From Gammaproteobacteria bacterium (GTDB taxonomy: Bacteria; Pseudomonadota; Gammaproteobacteria; UBA4575), in NCBI GenBank assembly GCA_965221955.1, contig CBDCTA010000022.1, forward strand, positions 373,734-437,733: DNA of 64,000 nt, written 5' to 3'. Made by a program: the position numbers and the translations under genes. Shown one piece after another: positions 28,875-37,576 of this stretch (position 1 is its first letter; each line of letters starts with the position of its first letter). The notes beneath the pieces were generated by a model that saw only the letters and a list, made by a program, of their open reading frames with translations, ran no database searches and was not told the origin of the DNA.

Positions 28875-29714
28875 ATGTCAATTAAAGACATTTTGGTAGT
28901 TTGTGATACGGGTGAAGCAAATGATTTTCGGGTTGAAACCACTTTGTTATTTGCAAAAGTTTTCGATGCACATGTAACCGGAATTCATTTAACACCTTAT
29001 TCGATCCCATCTGAATCTAGCAGTGGTTTTAATAAAGTAATTGATTACTTATCGAGCGAAAAACTTGAAACAGCTAAAGAGACTGCTGAGACAATCAAAG
29101 CTAATTTTGAAAGTAAAGCATCAGAATTAGAAGTTCCTTATGAATGGAATTTTACAGATGGTATCGACAAACAATTTATCATTGACCATGCACGATACGC
29201 AGACTTTGTTGTATTACCACAAGGTTATTCTAGTATTGCAGAGGAACACCCGCATAGAATAGATGATTACTTATCGATCTATATGGGGCGTCCGACAGTC
29301 ATAATTCCCGATATTAAGAAAGTATTTAACTTACCTAAAAGAATTATCATTGCTTGGGATGAAAGCAAAGAAGCTGCGCGTGCGGTGCATGATGCAATGC
29401 CTTTTTTAGAATATGCAGAAAATGTGCAAATTGTGAGTGTTTCAGGTACTCCTAAAGAGGAAAAGAGCAATATCATTTACAGCGATGATTTACGTAAGCA
29501 TTTATCTCATCATGGTATTAGCACTGATGTAATCCTTGCCGATGAACTAGAAGAAGGTATAGGTAAAACGATTTTGCAAAGCGGGTTTGAATATGATGCT
29601 GATTTAATCGTGATGGGAGCCTATGGCGAAACTCGGCTTGAGGAAATCGTATTAGGTGGAGTTACCAGATATCTGCTGAATAACACAACCATACCTCTTT
29701 TTTTATCGCATTAA
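28875..29714 (+). CDS. Tandem-domain universal stress protein (copy B, duplicate of A)
   Basis: Same length (279 aa) and colinear with copy A. Identical C-terminus LLNNTTIPLFLSH. Confidence 0.92.
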   Translation: MSIKDILVVCDTGEANDFRVETTLLFAKVFDAHVTGIHLTPYSIPSESSSGFNKVIDYLSSEKLETAKETAETIKANFESKASELEVPYEWNFTDGIDKQFIIDHARYADFVVLPQGYSSIAEEHPHRIDDYLSIYMGRPTVIIPDIKKVFNLPKRIIIAWDESKEAARAVHDAMPFLEYAENVQIVSVSGTPKEEKSNIIYSDDLRKHLSHHGISTDVILADELEEGIGKTILQSGFEYDADLIVMGAYGETRLEEIVLGGVTRYLLNNTTIPLFLSH

Positions 29715-29774
29715 TTATATGTAATCTTGTTAATCTTAGGAAAGCTACAGTTACTCCTATGATTTATTGCAAAC

Positions 29775-30974
29775 ATGACTGAACCGCCTTTAGCCAGAAG
29801 AATATCTCTGCCTTTATTAACTTTATATGGGCTAGGGACCATTCTAGGTGCAGGGATTTACGTTTTAATTGGCGAGGTCGCACTGCGTGCGGATCAATTA
29901 GCTCCTTTATCGTTCATCGCTGCAGCACTTATTGCAGCGGTTACCGCATATTCATTTGCACGCTTGGCTTCTATGTTCCCTAAAAGTGCTGGAGAAGCCG
30001 CGTATGCCTATGCTGCGTTTAATAAGCGCATTATATCCGTATTAGTAGGCTTGGCTGTTGTAATGGTGGGAACCGTTTCTGCTGCAACCATGACCAAAGG
30101 GTTTGCAGGTTACTTCATCGCGCTTTTCCAAATTCCAGAATTAGTAGTGATCTTGAGTGTCATTGTAATGATCACTGCATTTGCAATTTGGGGAATTAGT
30201 CAGTCTTTAATTATTGCTTCATGTATCACGATTATAGAAATTATTGGCTTACTTTTTGTAATTTATGCTGTCATAGATGTAAATGAACTAGAAAACTTTA
30301 GTCTTCCTACCTCTGCTTCTATCTTATCCGGTGGCGGCGTTATATTGTATGCAGCCTTTATTTCGTTTTACGCTTATATTGGTTTTGAAGATATAGTCAA
30401 TATTGCAGAAGAAACTAAAAACCCAACCAGAGTAGTACCTCTTGCCATAACCTTATCTTTAATATTTTCGACCTTACTGTATGTAGCACTTTCTATTACG
30501 TGTACCGTTTTTATACCTTCATCTATTTTTAATACAAGTAGTGCTCCATTGGTCTCAATAGTTGAATATAAAAACTACAACCCAACTATTATGGCAATGA
30601 TCAGCATGATCGCGATCATAAACGGTGCATTAGTACAATTGATTATGGCGTCAAGAGTTTTATATGGAATGGCAGAACAAAAACTATTCATGCCTATATT
30701 TAAGACGGTAAATAAGAAAACCCGCACACCAATAGTAGCAACTATTACAATTGCTATAGTACTCATAATTCTTACGACTGTTTTTGATTTAGTCACTCTA
30801 GCCGAAATTACCAGCACTATAACGTTAGGGATTTTTATCGTTGTTCAATCTTCTCTTATTTATCTCTCTATTAAAGGACATAGCAAAAACAAGCTAGACT
30901 ATATTCTTCCAGTTTTCGGAATTTCGCTTAATTTCGTGTTACTGTTTTTTGGTTACCTTAACGTGCAACATTAG
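29775..30974 (+). CDS. APC-family amino acid permease
   Basis: GLGTILGAGIY, PKSAGEAAY, FYAYIGFEDIVNIAEETKNP and SRVLYGMA. Confidence 0.9.
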   Translation: MTEPPLARRISLPLLTLYGLGTILGAGIYVLIGEVALRADQLAPLSFIAAALIAAVTAYSFARLASMFPKSAGEAAYAYAAFNKRIISVLVGLAVVMVGTVSAATMTKGFAGYFIALFQIPELVVILSVIVMITAFAIWGISQSLIIASCITIIEIIGLLFVIYAVIDVNELENFSLPTSASILSGGGVILYAAFISFYAYIGFEDIVNIAEETKNPTRVVPLAITLSLIFSTLLYVALSITCTVFIPSSIFNTSSAPLVSIVEYKNYNPTIMAMISMIAIINGALVQLIMASRVLYGMAEQKLFMPIFKTVNKKTRTPIVATITIAIVLIILTTVFDLVTLAEITSTITLGIFIVVQSSLIYLSIKGHSKNKLDYILPVFGISLNFVLLFFGYLNVQH

Positions 30975-31240
30975 CCACATTTAAATGCAATAAAATATTT
31001 GTTTTTATATTGATTTATAAAAAATTGGGTCAGCATACTTGCCTATGATGATGCACATCATAAGTACCAAAGAACCATAGTAACTGAGATTTCAGGTTTG
31101 CTTAAAGGCAAGCGAGTAGTGCGCAGCCATGAGCACGAATGTATAAAGTATTACAAGTTAAAGGGAAATAAATAAGAAGAATAAAAATTAAAGTCTGAAT
31201 AAATACTGACAATATATTTATCCAAGATCATGCTATCTAC

Positions 31241-31483
31241 TTACAGTCCAACTAATTCGGCATGCATGTTATGTTGTTTCGCAAGTTTTACAAATTCTAA
31301 AGACTTAATTACTTCAGGATCATAAACAATGATCATTAAATGAGGTTTATCATCGTGAAAGGATGCAGAATAAACACCATTCTCATGTAATAGTACATCA
31401 CGAAAATCTTCTAAATTGCCATGAGACAATTCTTCGTCTATATGCAACATCACATCAACAGTTGTAGCTTCCTTATCGTTCAT
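31241..31483 (-). CDS. 80-aa protein of unknown function (HMA/ferredoxin-like pattern without CxxC)
   Basis: AGGAG RBS, DVMLHIDE...GV...HLMIIVYDP...HAELVGL, and a perfect FNR box upstream. Confidence 0.75.
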   Translation of the reverse strand: MNDKEATTVDVMLHIDEELSHGNLEDFRDVLLHENGVYSASFHDDKPHLMIIVYDPEVIKSLEFVKLAKQHNMHAELVGL

Positions 31484-31546
31484 CGTAATACAATTCTCCT
31501 TAAAAATTATTGGTTAATATTGAAGCTCATAATAAGTAATTCCACC

Positions 31547-31560
31547 TTGATATATATCAA
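31547..31560. promoter_or_regulatory. FNR box (perfect)
   Basis: TTGATATATATCAA, 63 nt upstream of the 31483 start. Confidence 0.88.
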
Positions 31561-31605
31561 CTAAAGATATTTGGGCATTTAATTTCTCCATAGTCTTCAA
31601 ATATT

Positions 31606-31932
31606 TTATTTGTATTTACAAAAAACATCATGTAACGATGTAACGATATGAGACAAATCTTTATCCACGAGTTTATAGTAGATAGTTTGTGATTCACGGC
31701 GTGTTTCAACTAAATTGTGCTGTCTTAATACTGCAAGATGCTGGGATAAGGCAGACTGACTAAGATCTACAAATTCATTAATCTCACTTACCGTCATCTC
31801 GTTCTTAACCAACATACATAAAATCATCAATCTTGCTTCATGAGCAATAATTTTTAGCGTACGAGCTACGTTTTCACGTTGCTCTAACATATCGTCTGCA
31901 GATTCTTCTCTTAGTTTTGCTTTAACAGGCAT
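31606..31932 (-). CDS. ArsR-family persulfide-sensing repressor (SqrR/BigR/YgaV type)
   Basis: AHEARLMILCML (helix-2 Cys), SQSALSQHLAVLR, RRESQTIYY and C-terminal VFC (helix-5 Cys). Confidence 0.88.
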   Translation of the reverse strand: MPVKAKLREESADDMLEQRENVARTLKIIAHEARLMILCMLVKNEMTVSEINEFVDLSQSALSQHLAVLRQHNLVETRRESQTIYYKLVDKDLSHIVTSLHDVFCKYK

Positions 31933-31971
31933 AAATATTATCTAAGTACAGCATTAACTATAGTTATAGAT

Positions 31972-32017
31972 ATTAGATTTTACTAATTTAGCTTGCGCTA
32001 AATTAGTAAAATTTGAT
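31972..32017. promoter_or_regulatory. Candidate ArsR/SqrR operator array
   Basis: Perfect 16-bp inverted repeat ATTTTACTAATTTAGC-TTGC-GCTAAATTAGTAAAAT (31977-32012). Also readable as three abutting ATTA-N8-TAAT-like units at a 15-bp period. Confidence 0.7.
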
Positions 32018-32083
32018 ATACATATCCTATTATATAGCAAGCCTATATAAAAATAGATAGCTAAATACGAAAAATTGATTCAA

Positions 32084-32097
32084 GTGATTGAAATCAA
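32084..32097. promoter_or_regulatory. FNR box (1 mismatch) upstream of the dsrE2-like operon
   Basis: GTGATTGAAATCAA. Confidence 0.6.
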
Positions 32098-32168
32098 ACA
32101 GCTACATAAATATTCAAGTTTTAATGGACCGAAGCAACATTCAATTGGAGACAACCTAAACGATACAC

Positions 32169-32792
32169 ATGGATAGAGAAGTGAACACAGCAAGCCAATT
32201 AACTGGTAATAAATTTGAAACAGAAGAATTTAACCGCTTATTTGATGAACGCTTTGAGCAAAAAATGCATGAGCGTGAAATAAACAAAGTTCCAAGAATG
32301 GCACTCATTGCCACGAAAGGAACGTTAGATATGGCCTATCCACCTTTTATTCTTGCTTCAACTGCAGCAGCAATGGGTTGGGAAGTCTCTGTTTTTTTCA
32401 CATTCTATGGTCTCAATTTACTTAAAAAAGAAATCAATACAGAAGTATCACCTCTTGGTAATCCTGCAATGCCAATGAAAATGCCTTTCGGGCCAGAGTG
32501 GTTCAAAAACATTGATTGGGAAATTCCAAACATTGTAACCAGCAATATCCCAGGTTTTGAAAGATTAGCAACGTTACTGATGAAAAAAACTTTGTCATCA
32601 AAGGGCGTAGCGAGCCTAAGTGAATTACGAGAACTTGTTATTGAGGCCGAAGTTAAATTAGTTGCATGCCAAATGACTGTAGATTTATTTGGCTATCAAA
32701 AAGAAGATTTTATTAAGGAGATTTCAGATTGGGTTGGTGCTGCAACATTTTTACCTTATGCGCAAAAATCTGATATCTGTTTATTTATTTAA
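32169..32792 (+). CDS. DsrE2-like (DsrE/DsrF/DrsH family) sulfur relay protein
   Basis: ATKGTLDMAYPPFILASTAAAMG...FFTFYGL and a conserved Cys in LVACQMT. Confidence 0.87.
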   Translation: MDREVNTASQLTGNKFETEEFNRLFDERFEQKMHEREINKVPRMALIATKGTLDMAYPPFILASTAAAMGWEVSVFFTFYGLNLLKKEINTEVSPLGNPAMPMKMPFGPEWFKNIDWEIPNIVTSNIPGFERLATLLMKKTLSSKGVASLSELRELVIEAEVKLVACQMTVDLFGYQKEDFIKEISDWVGAATFLPYAQKSDICLFI

Positions 32793-32832
32793 AGGGACTG
32801 TTTAATTACTTGAAATTTTAAAAGGAAGAAGG

Positions 32833-34191
32833 ATGTTAAATAAAAAAATACTGATTGTACTAAGCCTATTTTTTGTGCCGATTATGGCTAATGCTACTAA
32901 CGGTTATTTTGCACACGGAACAGGTTTAATAAATAGAGCACTTGGTGGTGCTGGTGTTGCCTTCCCACAAGATGCAATGGCTGGAGCAACCAATCCCGCA
33001 GGTATGGCGTTTGTAGGTAATCGAATTGACATTGGTGCAGTATTGTTTAAGCCTGATCGTGAATATTCTGCAGGGCCGAGTTTAATTAACGGCAATATGG
33101 GAGCATTTACTATCGGTCAAGGTACTGAAGAGAGTGGAGATGAAAATTTTATTATTCCAAGTTTTGGTATCAACTATATGCTTACCGAGCGTGATGCCAT
33201 TGGTTTATCGGTTTATGGAAATGGTGGACTGAATACAACGTATGATGGAGGTAGTGCATTTTTCTTCAACCCAATGGCAATGGGCGTAGTTAATCCTCCT
33301 GGCACATTTGGTGATGGCACGGCTGGTGTAGATCTTTTTCAAATCTTTTTTAATTTTTCCTATGCACGCCAATTTTCGGATAATTTTTCAGTAGGAATTA
33401 GTCCAATCTTTGCGGTACAAGGATTTCGAGCCAATGGATTGGGTGCATTTGCTGGGTTTACAAAAACATTTAACGAAAGTGGTTTTACTACGGTACCAGA
33501 TAATTTAACCAGTAATGGAACAAACTACTCATACGGTGGTGGAGTGCAAGTTGGAGCTCTTGCAAGAGATGTCATTGGCACTGCAGATTTTGGAATTTCA
33601 TACCGTTCAAAGATGTATATGGATGAATTCGATGATTATTCGGATTTATTTGCTGAAGATGGTGACTTTGATATTCCTTCCACATTATGGGCAGGTTTTG
33701 CAGTCGACTTAACTGAAAAAATAACTTTAGTCGCAGATTATCAAAAGATTTGGTATGAAGATGTCGAAGCGGTAAGTAATGATATCCAAAACTTAGAGGC
33801 TTGTCCTATTGCTATGTTGGGCGGCACAGATGTTGAAAGCTGCTTGGGTGGCGACAATGGTGCAGGGTTTGGTTGGGATAACATTGATGTCATCAAAGTA
33901 GGTCTACAATGGCAATCCCACCCTAATGTCACTATGCGGTTTGGTTATAGCCATTCTGATCAGCCCATTGATGATGATCAAGTGCTGTTTAACATATTGG
34001 CACCTGGAGTGATTGAAGATCACATTACCATTGGTGCGACAATTGAAACCAAAATGGGCGAGATTAATTTAGAAGCCATGCATGCCTTAAGTGAATCTGT
34101 GAAAGGGCGTAGTGCTTTTGATCCTACACAAGAAATTCGTCTTAAGATGAATCAGTTTGAACTAGGTATTGGTTGGTCAAAAGAATTTTAG
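32833..34191 (+). CDS. FadL/TodX-family outer-membrane channel for hydrophobic solutes
   Basis: Signal peptide, TNGYFAHG...ALGGAGVA...NPAGM hatch motif, beta-strand pattern and C-terminal Phe. Confidence 0.87.
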   Translation: MLNKKILIVLSLFFVPIMANATNGYFAHGTGLINRALGGAGVAFPQDAMAGATNPAGMAFVGNRIDIGAVLFKPDREYSAGPSLINGNMGAFTIGQGTEESGDENFIIPSFGINYMLTERDAIGLSVYGNGGLNTTYDGGSAFFFNPMAMGVVNPPGTFGDGTAGVDLFQIFFNFSYARQFSDNFSVGISPIFAVQGFRANGLGAFAGFTKTFNESGFTTVPDNLTSNGTNYSYGGGVQVGALARDVIGTADFGISYRSKMYMDEFDDYSDLFAEDGDFDIPSTLWAGFAVDLTEKITLVADYQKIWYEDVEAVSNDIQNLEACPIAMLGGTDVESCLGGDNGAGFGWDNIDVIKVGLQWQSHPNVTMRFGYSHSDQPIDDDQVLFNILAPGVIEDHITIGATIETKMGEINLEAMHALSESVKGRSAFDPTQEIRLKMNQFELGIGWSKEF

Positions 34192-34210
34192 ATCCCGCTG
34201 GAGTTATTGT

Positions 34211-34441
34211 ATGGAGCAAAAAATATTTGAGCTGGATACATCAGGGCTTAATTGCCCATTGCCAGTATTAAAGCTAAGAAAAATTTTAAAGACAATGGAT
34301 TCAGGTCAAGAAGTAAAAGTGATTGCCACAGACCCAGGGTCTGTTAAAGACTTTGCGTCATTTTGTAATCAGACAGGAGATCAATTAATAGAATCTAAAG
34401 AAGAAAATGGAAAATATATTTATAAAGTAAAAAAGAAATAA
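34211..34441 (+). CDS. tusA: TusA-family sulfur carrier
   Basis: Start set to ATG 34211 (GGAG RBS). LDTSGLNCPLP and ATDPGSVKDF motifs. Confidence 0.9.
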   Translation: MEQKIFELDTSGLNCPLPVLKLRKILKTMDSGQEVKVIATDPGSVKDFASFCNQTGDQLIESKEENGKYIYKVKKK

Positions 34442-34454
34442 TCTAGATAATCTT

Positions 34455-34970
34455 ATGTTTAAGAATTTATTTATATCACTCACATTGTTGATAATTTTAT
34501 TTTTATCGGTTGCACAAGCAGAGTCAGTCCTCATGTCACCCGAATGGGGGCAGTTAGCCTGTGAGGCATGGAATGAAGATACAATTCTTACTATTAAACT
34601 CGTGGAATCTGGCTGGGTAGAAAATGATTTAAATAGAGGCTACAAGGCCATTACGTTATATCGATCAGATTGCCCAAAGAGTAAAAGGGCTCAATTAAAG
34701 ATCAGTTTAGTAAATGAAAAAGTTGAATGCACATATGGCGGTGGAGTTATCGAGAAAACAGTAGATAAAAAAGTTGATTACATTATGCATGCGAATACGC
34801 AACGTTGGATCGAAATGGGTAAAGGCGAGTACGGTCCTATGAAAGCTATGATGCTGCGTAGATTAAAGTTTAAAGGTCCAAAAATGGAAGCCATGGGTAA
34901 CATGGGACCATTTAAAAATTTTTTATTACTTGCGGGCTCAGTTCCAAGCGATGCATCTAGCTGTCCATAA
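34455..34970 (+). CDS. Periplasmic SCP2 (sterol carrier)-like protein
   Basis: Signal peptide ending AQA. SPEW...CEAWN, W..MGKGEYGPMKAMMLRRLKFKGPKMEAM SCP2-like pattern, and four Cys. Confidence 0.75.
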   Translation: MFKNLFISLTLLIILFLSVAQAESVLMSPEWGQLACEAWNEDTILTIKLVESGWVENDLNRGYKAITLYRSDCPKSKRAQLKISLVNEKVECTYGGGVIEKTVDKKVDYIMHANTQRWIEMGKGEYGPMKAMMLRRLKFKGPKMEAMGNMGPFKNFLLLAGSVPSDASSCP

Positions 34971-34987
34971 ATACATACAAATAAATT

Positions 34988-35809
34988 TTACCTAGTTTTT
35001 AATCGAGTTAATTTTTCTCCGTTTTTCAACACCACTATTTCTCCTTCATCCAGTGGTTGCCAAGCTTCAGATGTTAACGGAACACTGGCAACAAGCACTA
35101 CATTCTGTTCTACCTGACTAGATTCTATATTAAGTCCGGCAATATCTTGTTTGATTTCTGAATCAATTGAACAAGTTCTACATAAAATATGTAAACCAGG
35201 GGGACGAAACTCTTTCTCATCATTATGCATTCGTTTATGACCATGTGCGAATAAAAGTTCACTGTCAGAATAAATAAAATTTGCTGGGCCATATGGCCTA
35301 ATCAAACTTGCAAAATAGGCTAGCTTGCGAATTCTTTCTTCTATAGTAGGCACTTGACCGGAACTCCAACACTCTTCAAGTATGCTCATCAAAGCACAAA
35401 ATGCATACTCAGAGTCCGTATTACCAAGAGGGCGAGCAATTGTATGGTTTAGATTTTTATCAGATGTGATGCCATGCAAATCTCCGTTGTGAGCAAAAAC
35501 ATGGATTTTCCCTCCGAGTTCACGGGAAAAAGGTTGTGTGTTTTCTAAGCTCACTTTTCCTTGTGTGGCTTGACGAATATGTGAAAGTACCACCTTGCTT
35601 TGGAAGTGGTGGCTTTTTACAAAGTTTAGGCATTCACTATTACTTGCACTACTAGGTTCTTTTATTATCTGCGCATCTCTATCAGCATAGAATGCGATAC
35701 CCCAACCGTCTTTGTGCGGACCTTCCAAGCCTCCATGTTTTGAGAATTCGTCAAGCGAAAACGTTACATTTGTAGGTTGATTACTGGATATTGCAAAAAG
35801 TTCACACAT
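34988..35809 (-). CDS. Class II glutamine amidotransferase (YafJ/EgtC-like Ntn hydrolase)
   Basis: N-terminal MCELF, HKDGWGI, HIRQAT, NTQPF, FAHNG, TDSE and VASVPLT. Confidence 0.9.
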   Translation of the reverse strand: MCELFAISSNQPTNVTFSLDEFSKHGGLEGPHKDGWGIAFYADRDAQIIKEPSSASNSECLNFVKSHHFQSKVVLSHIRQATQGKVSLENTQPFSRELGGKIHVFAHNGDLHGITSDKNLNHTIARPLGNTDSEYAFCALMSILEECWSSGQVPTIEERIRKLAYFASLIRPYGPANFIYSDSELLFAHGHKRMHNDEKEFRPPGLHILCRTCSIDSEIKQDIAGLNIESSQVEQNVVLVASVPLTSEAWQPLDEGEIVVLKNGEKLTRLKTR

Positions 35810-35826
35810 ATAAATGAAAAAAATAA

Positions 35827-36690
35827 CTAACTACGCATGGGTTCTACATGCACTACCACATCATCAATCGCAAATTTTTCATAAAGTTCTTCTTCGATAA
35901 GATCCGCGACCTTATGAGACTCCTCTGTCGACATGTTAGCTCTTACTGTGACTACAACATCAGCAAAAGTTTCTTGGCCAATATTGCGTGAACGTAGTCT
36001 TTCAATTTTTATGACATCGTCAATTTGTTCAATAGCTTCTACTATTTTTGCTTGATCGACTGCGGCTTCATCAACCAAAATTGGTATGCTTTTTCGAAAT
36101 AACTGGAATGCAAGGTAAAACACTAGGCCCGAGACAAATACAGCAAAAATAAAATCAAAAATAGGATAGCCGTGTATAGCTAATTGCCAACCACAGATGA
36201 CCCCTATCGTAACGAGTACATCGCTAAAAGTATGTTTTGCATCTGCCTTTAATAAATCTGAATTTAATCGTTTAGCTTGAATATTTTCCCAACTAGATAT
36301 CAAAACATTCACAATCAATACGCCGAACATAACAATAAGCCCCCAACGACTTGGTAATATTGGATTACCAATGCGCTCAAATGCACGTATCACTACTTCG
36401 ATAGCGATAACACTAAGAAGTGTGGCTAATACAAAAACAGCTAAGGTTTCAAATTTTCTGTGCCCATAAGGATGGTTTTGATCAGGAGGAGAAGCAGACA
36501 CCCTAGATACAATGTATGCGAATACATTATTAAAGACATCTGTAAGAGAATGTAACGCATCACTAAGGATTGCACTAGATCCCGTATGAATACCAACTAC
36601 AGTTTTCGCAATCAATACAGCAGTATTGGCTAAACCTTCAAGAATAAGAACAACGCGAACTTTGCGGTCTTGTTCATTTGTTCTATTCAT
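35827..36690 (-). CDS. Cation diffusion facilitator (FieF-like)
   Basis: SDALHSLTD, HPYGHRKFE, ADAKHTFSD and C-terminal VVHVEP. Confidence 0.92.
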   Translation of the reverse strand: MNRTNEQDRKVRVVLILEGLANTAVLIAKTVVGIHTGSSAILSDALHSLTDVFNNVFAYIVSRVSASPPDQNHPYGHRKFETLAVFVLATLLSVIAIEVVIRAFERIGNPILPSRWGLIVMFGVLIVNVLISSWENIQAKRLNSDLLKADAKHTFSDVLVTIGVICGWQLAIHGYPIFDFIFAVFVSGLVFYLAFQLFRKSIPILVDEAAVDQAKIVEAIEQIDDVIKIERLRSRNIGQETFADVVVTVRANMSTEESHKVADLIEEELYEKFAIDDVVVHVEPMRS

Positions 36691-37483
36691 ATTTCCTTAA
36701 ATATACGCTCCAGTAGACAATTGCAACTAATAATCCTCCACCTACAATATTGCCAAGCGTAACAGGAATAAGGTTAGACAAAAAATCCATCAAGCTAATA
36801 CCGCCACCACTAATTAACATACCTAATGGAATAAAATACATATTCGCCACGGAGTGCTCAAAGCCTAATGCTACGAATGCAGATATTGGGAAAATAATTG
36901 CTAATATTTTCCCAGCTACATGACGAGCAGAAAAACATAACCAAACTGCCAAACAAACTAATACATTACACAAAATTCCTCTTATGAATGCTTGCAATGG
37001 ATCAAGATTAACTTTTGCAATTGCAATTTCAAGTGCGGTTTCTGAAACTGCACCATCACCAAAAGACAGAGTGCCAGACCAAAATACTAATGCAGCCATA
37101 CCTACGGCACCGCTTAAGTTAGCAAAATATACAAGCCCCCAGTTTCTTAATAATTGTAAGGTAGATACTTTACGATCTGCCCATGCCATGACAATGAGAT
37201 TGTTTCCTGTAAATAATTCTGCACCACCGACTACTACCAGTATTAAGCCAAGTGAAAATGCAACACCGCCTAATAGTCGTGCTGAGCCTAACCCCATAAA
37301 TTGATTGGTCATGACCAAAGTAAAAAACATTGCGCCATAGGCAATGAATGCTCCAGCTAGCAACCCAAGCATAAGGGTTGGCATAGTAGGTAAAGCGGCT
37401 TTTTTTACCCCAACCTTTTCAACCAACTCCGCCATTTTAGCGGGCGCATAGGCATCAAAATCCTGTTCTGACAAAATTAACAA
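36683..37483 (-). CDS. Formate/nitrite (FNT) family channel
   Basis: FSLGLILVVVGGAELFTGN, GILCNVLVCLAVW, FVALGFEHSVANM and TLGNIVGG. Confidence 0.92.
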   Translation of the reverse strand: MLILSEQDFDAYAPAKMAELVEKVGVKKAALPTMPTLMLGLLAGAFIAYGAMFFTLVMTNQFMGLGSARLLGGVAFSLGLILVVVGGAELFTGNNLIVMAWADRKVSTLQLLRNWGLVYFANLSGAVGMAALVFWSGTLSFGDGAVSETALEIAIAKVNLDPLQAFIRGILCNVLVCLAVWLCFSARHVAGKILAIIFPISAFVALGFEHSVANMYFIPLGMLISGGGISLMDFLSNLIPVTLGNIVGGGLLVAIVYWSVYLRKYE

Positions 37484-37535
37484 TTCCTATTCTTGTTGTT
37501 GCTGTTAAGGCTAATAAAGCCCGCAAATGTAGACA

Positions 37536-37549
37536 TTGATGAATATCAA
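37536..37549. promoter_or_regulatory. FNR box (perfect) upstream of the FNT-CDF-GATase operon
   Basis: TTGATGAATATCAA. Confidence 0.88.
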
Positions 37550-37576
37550 TATGAATTTACATATTATACATTTTAG

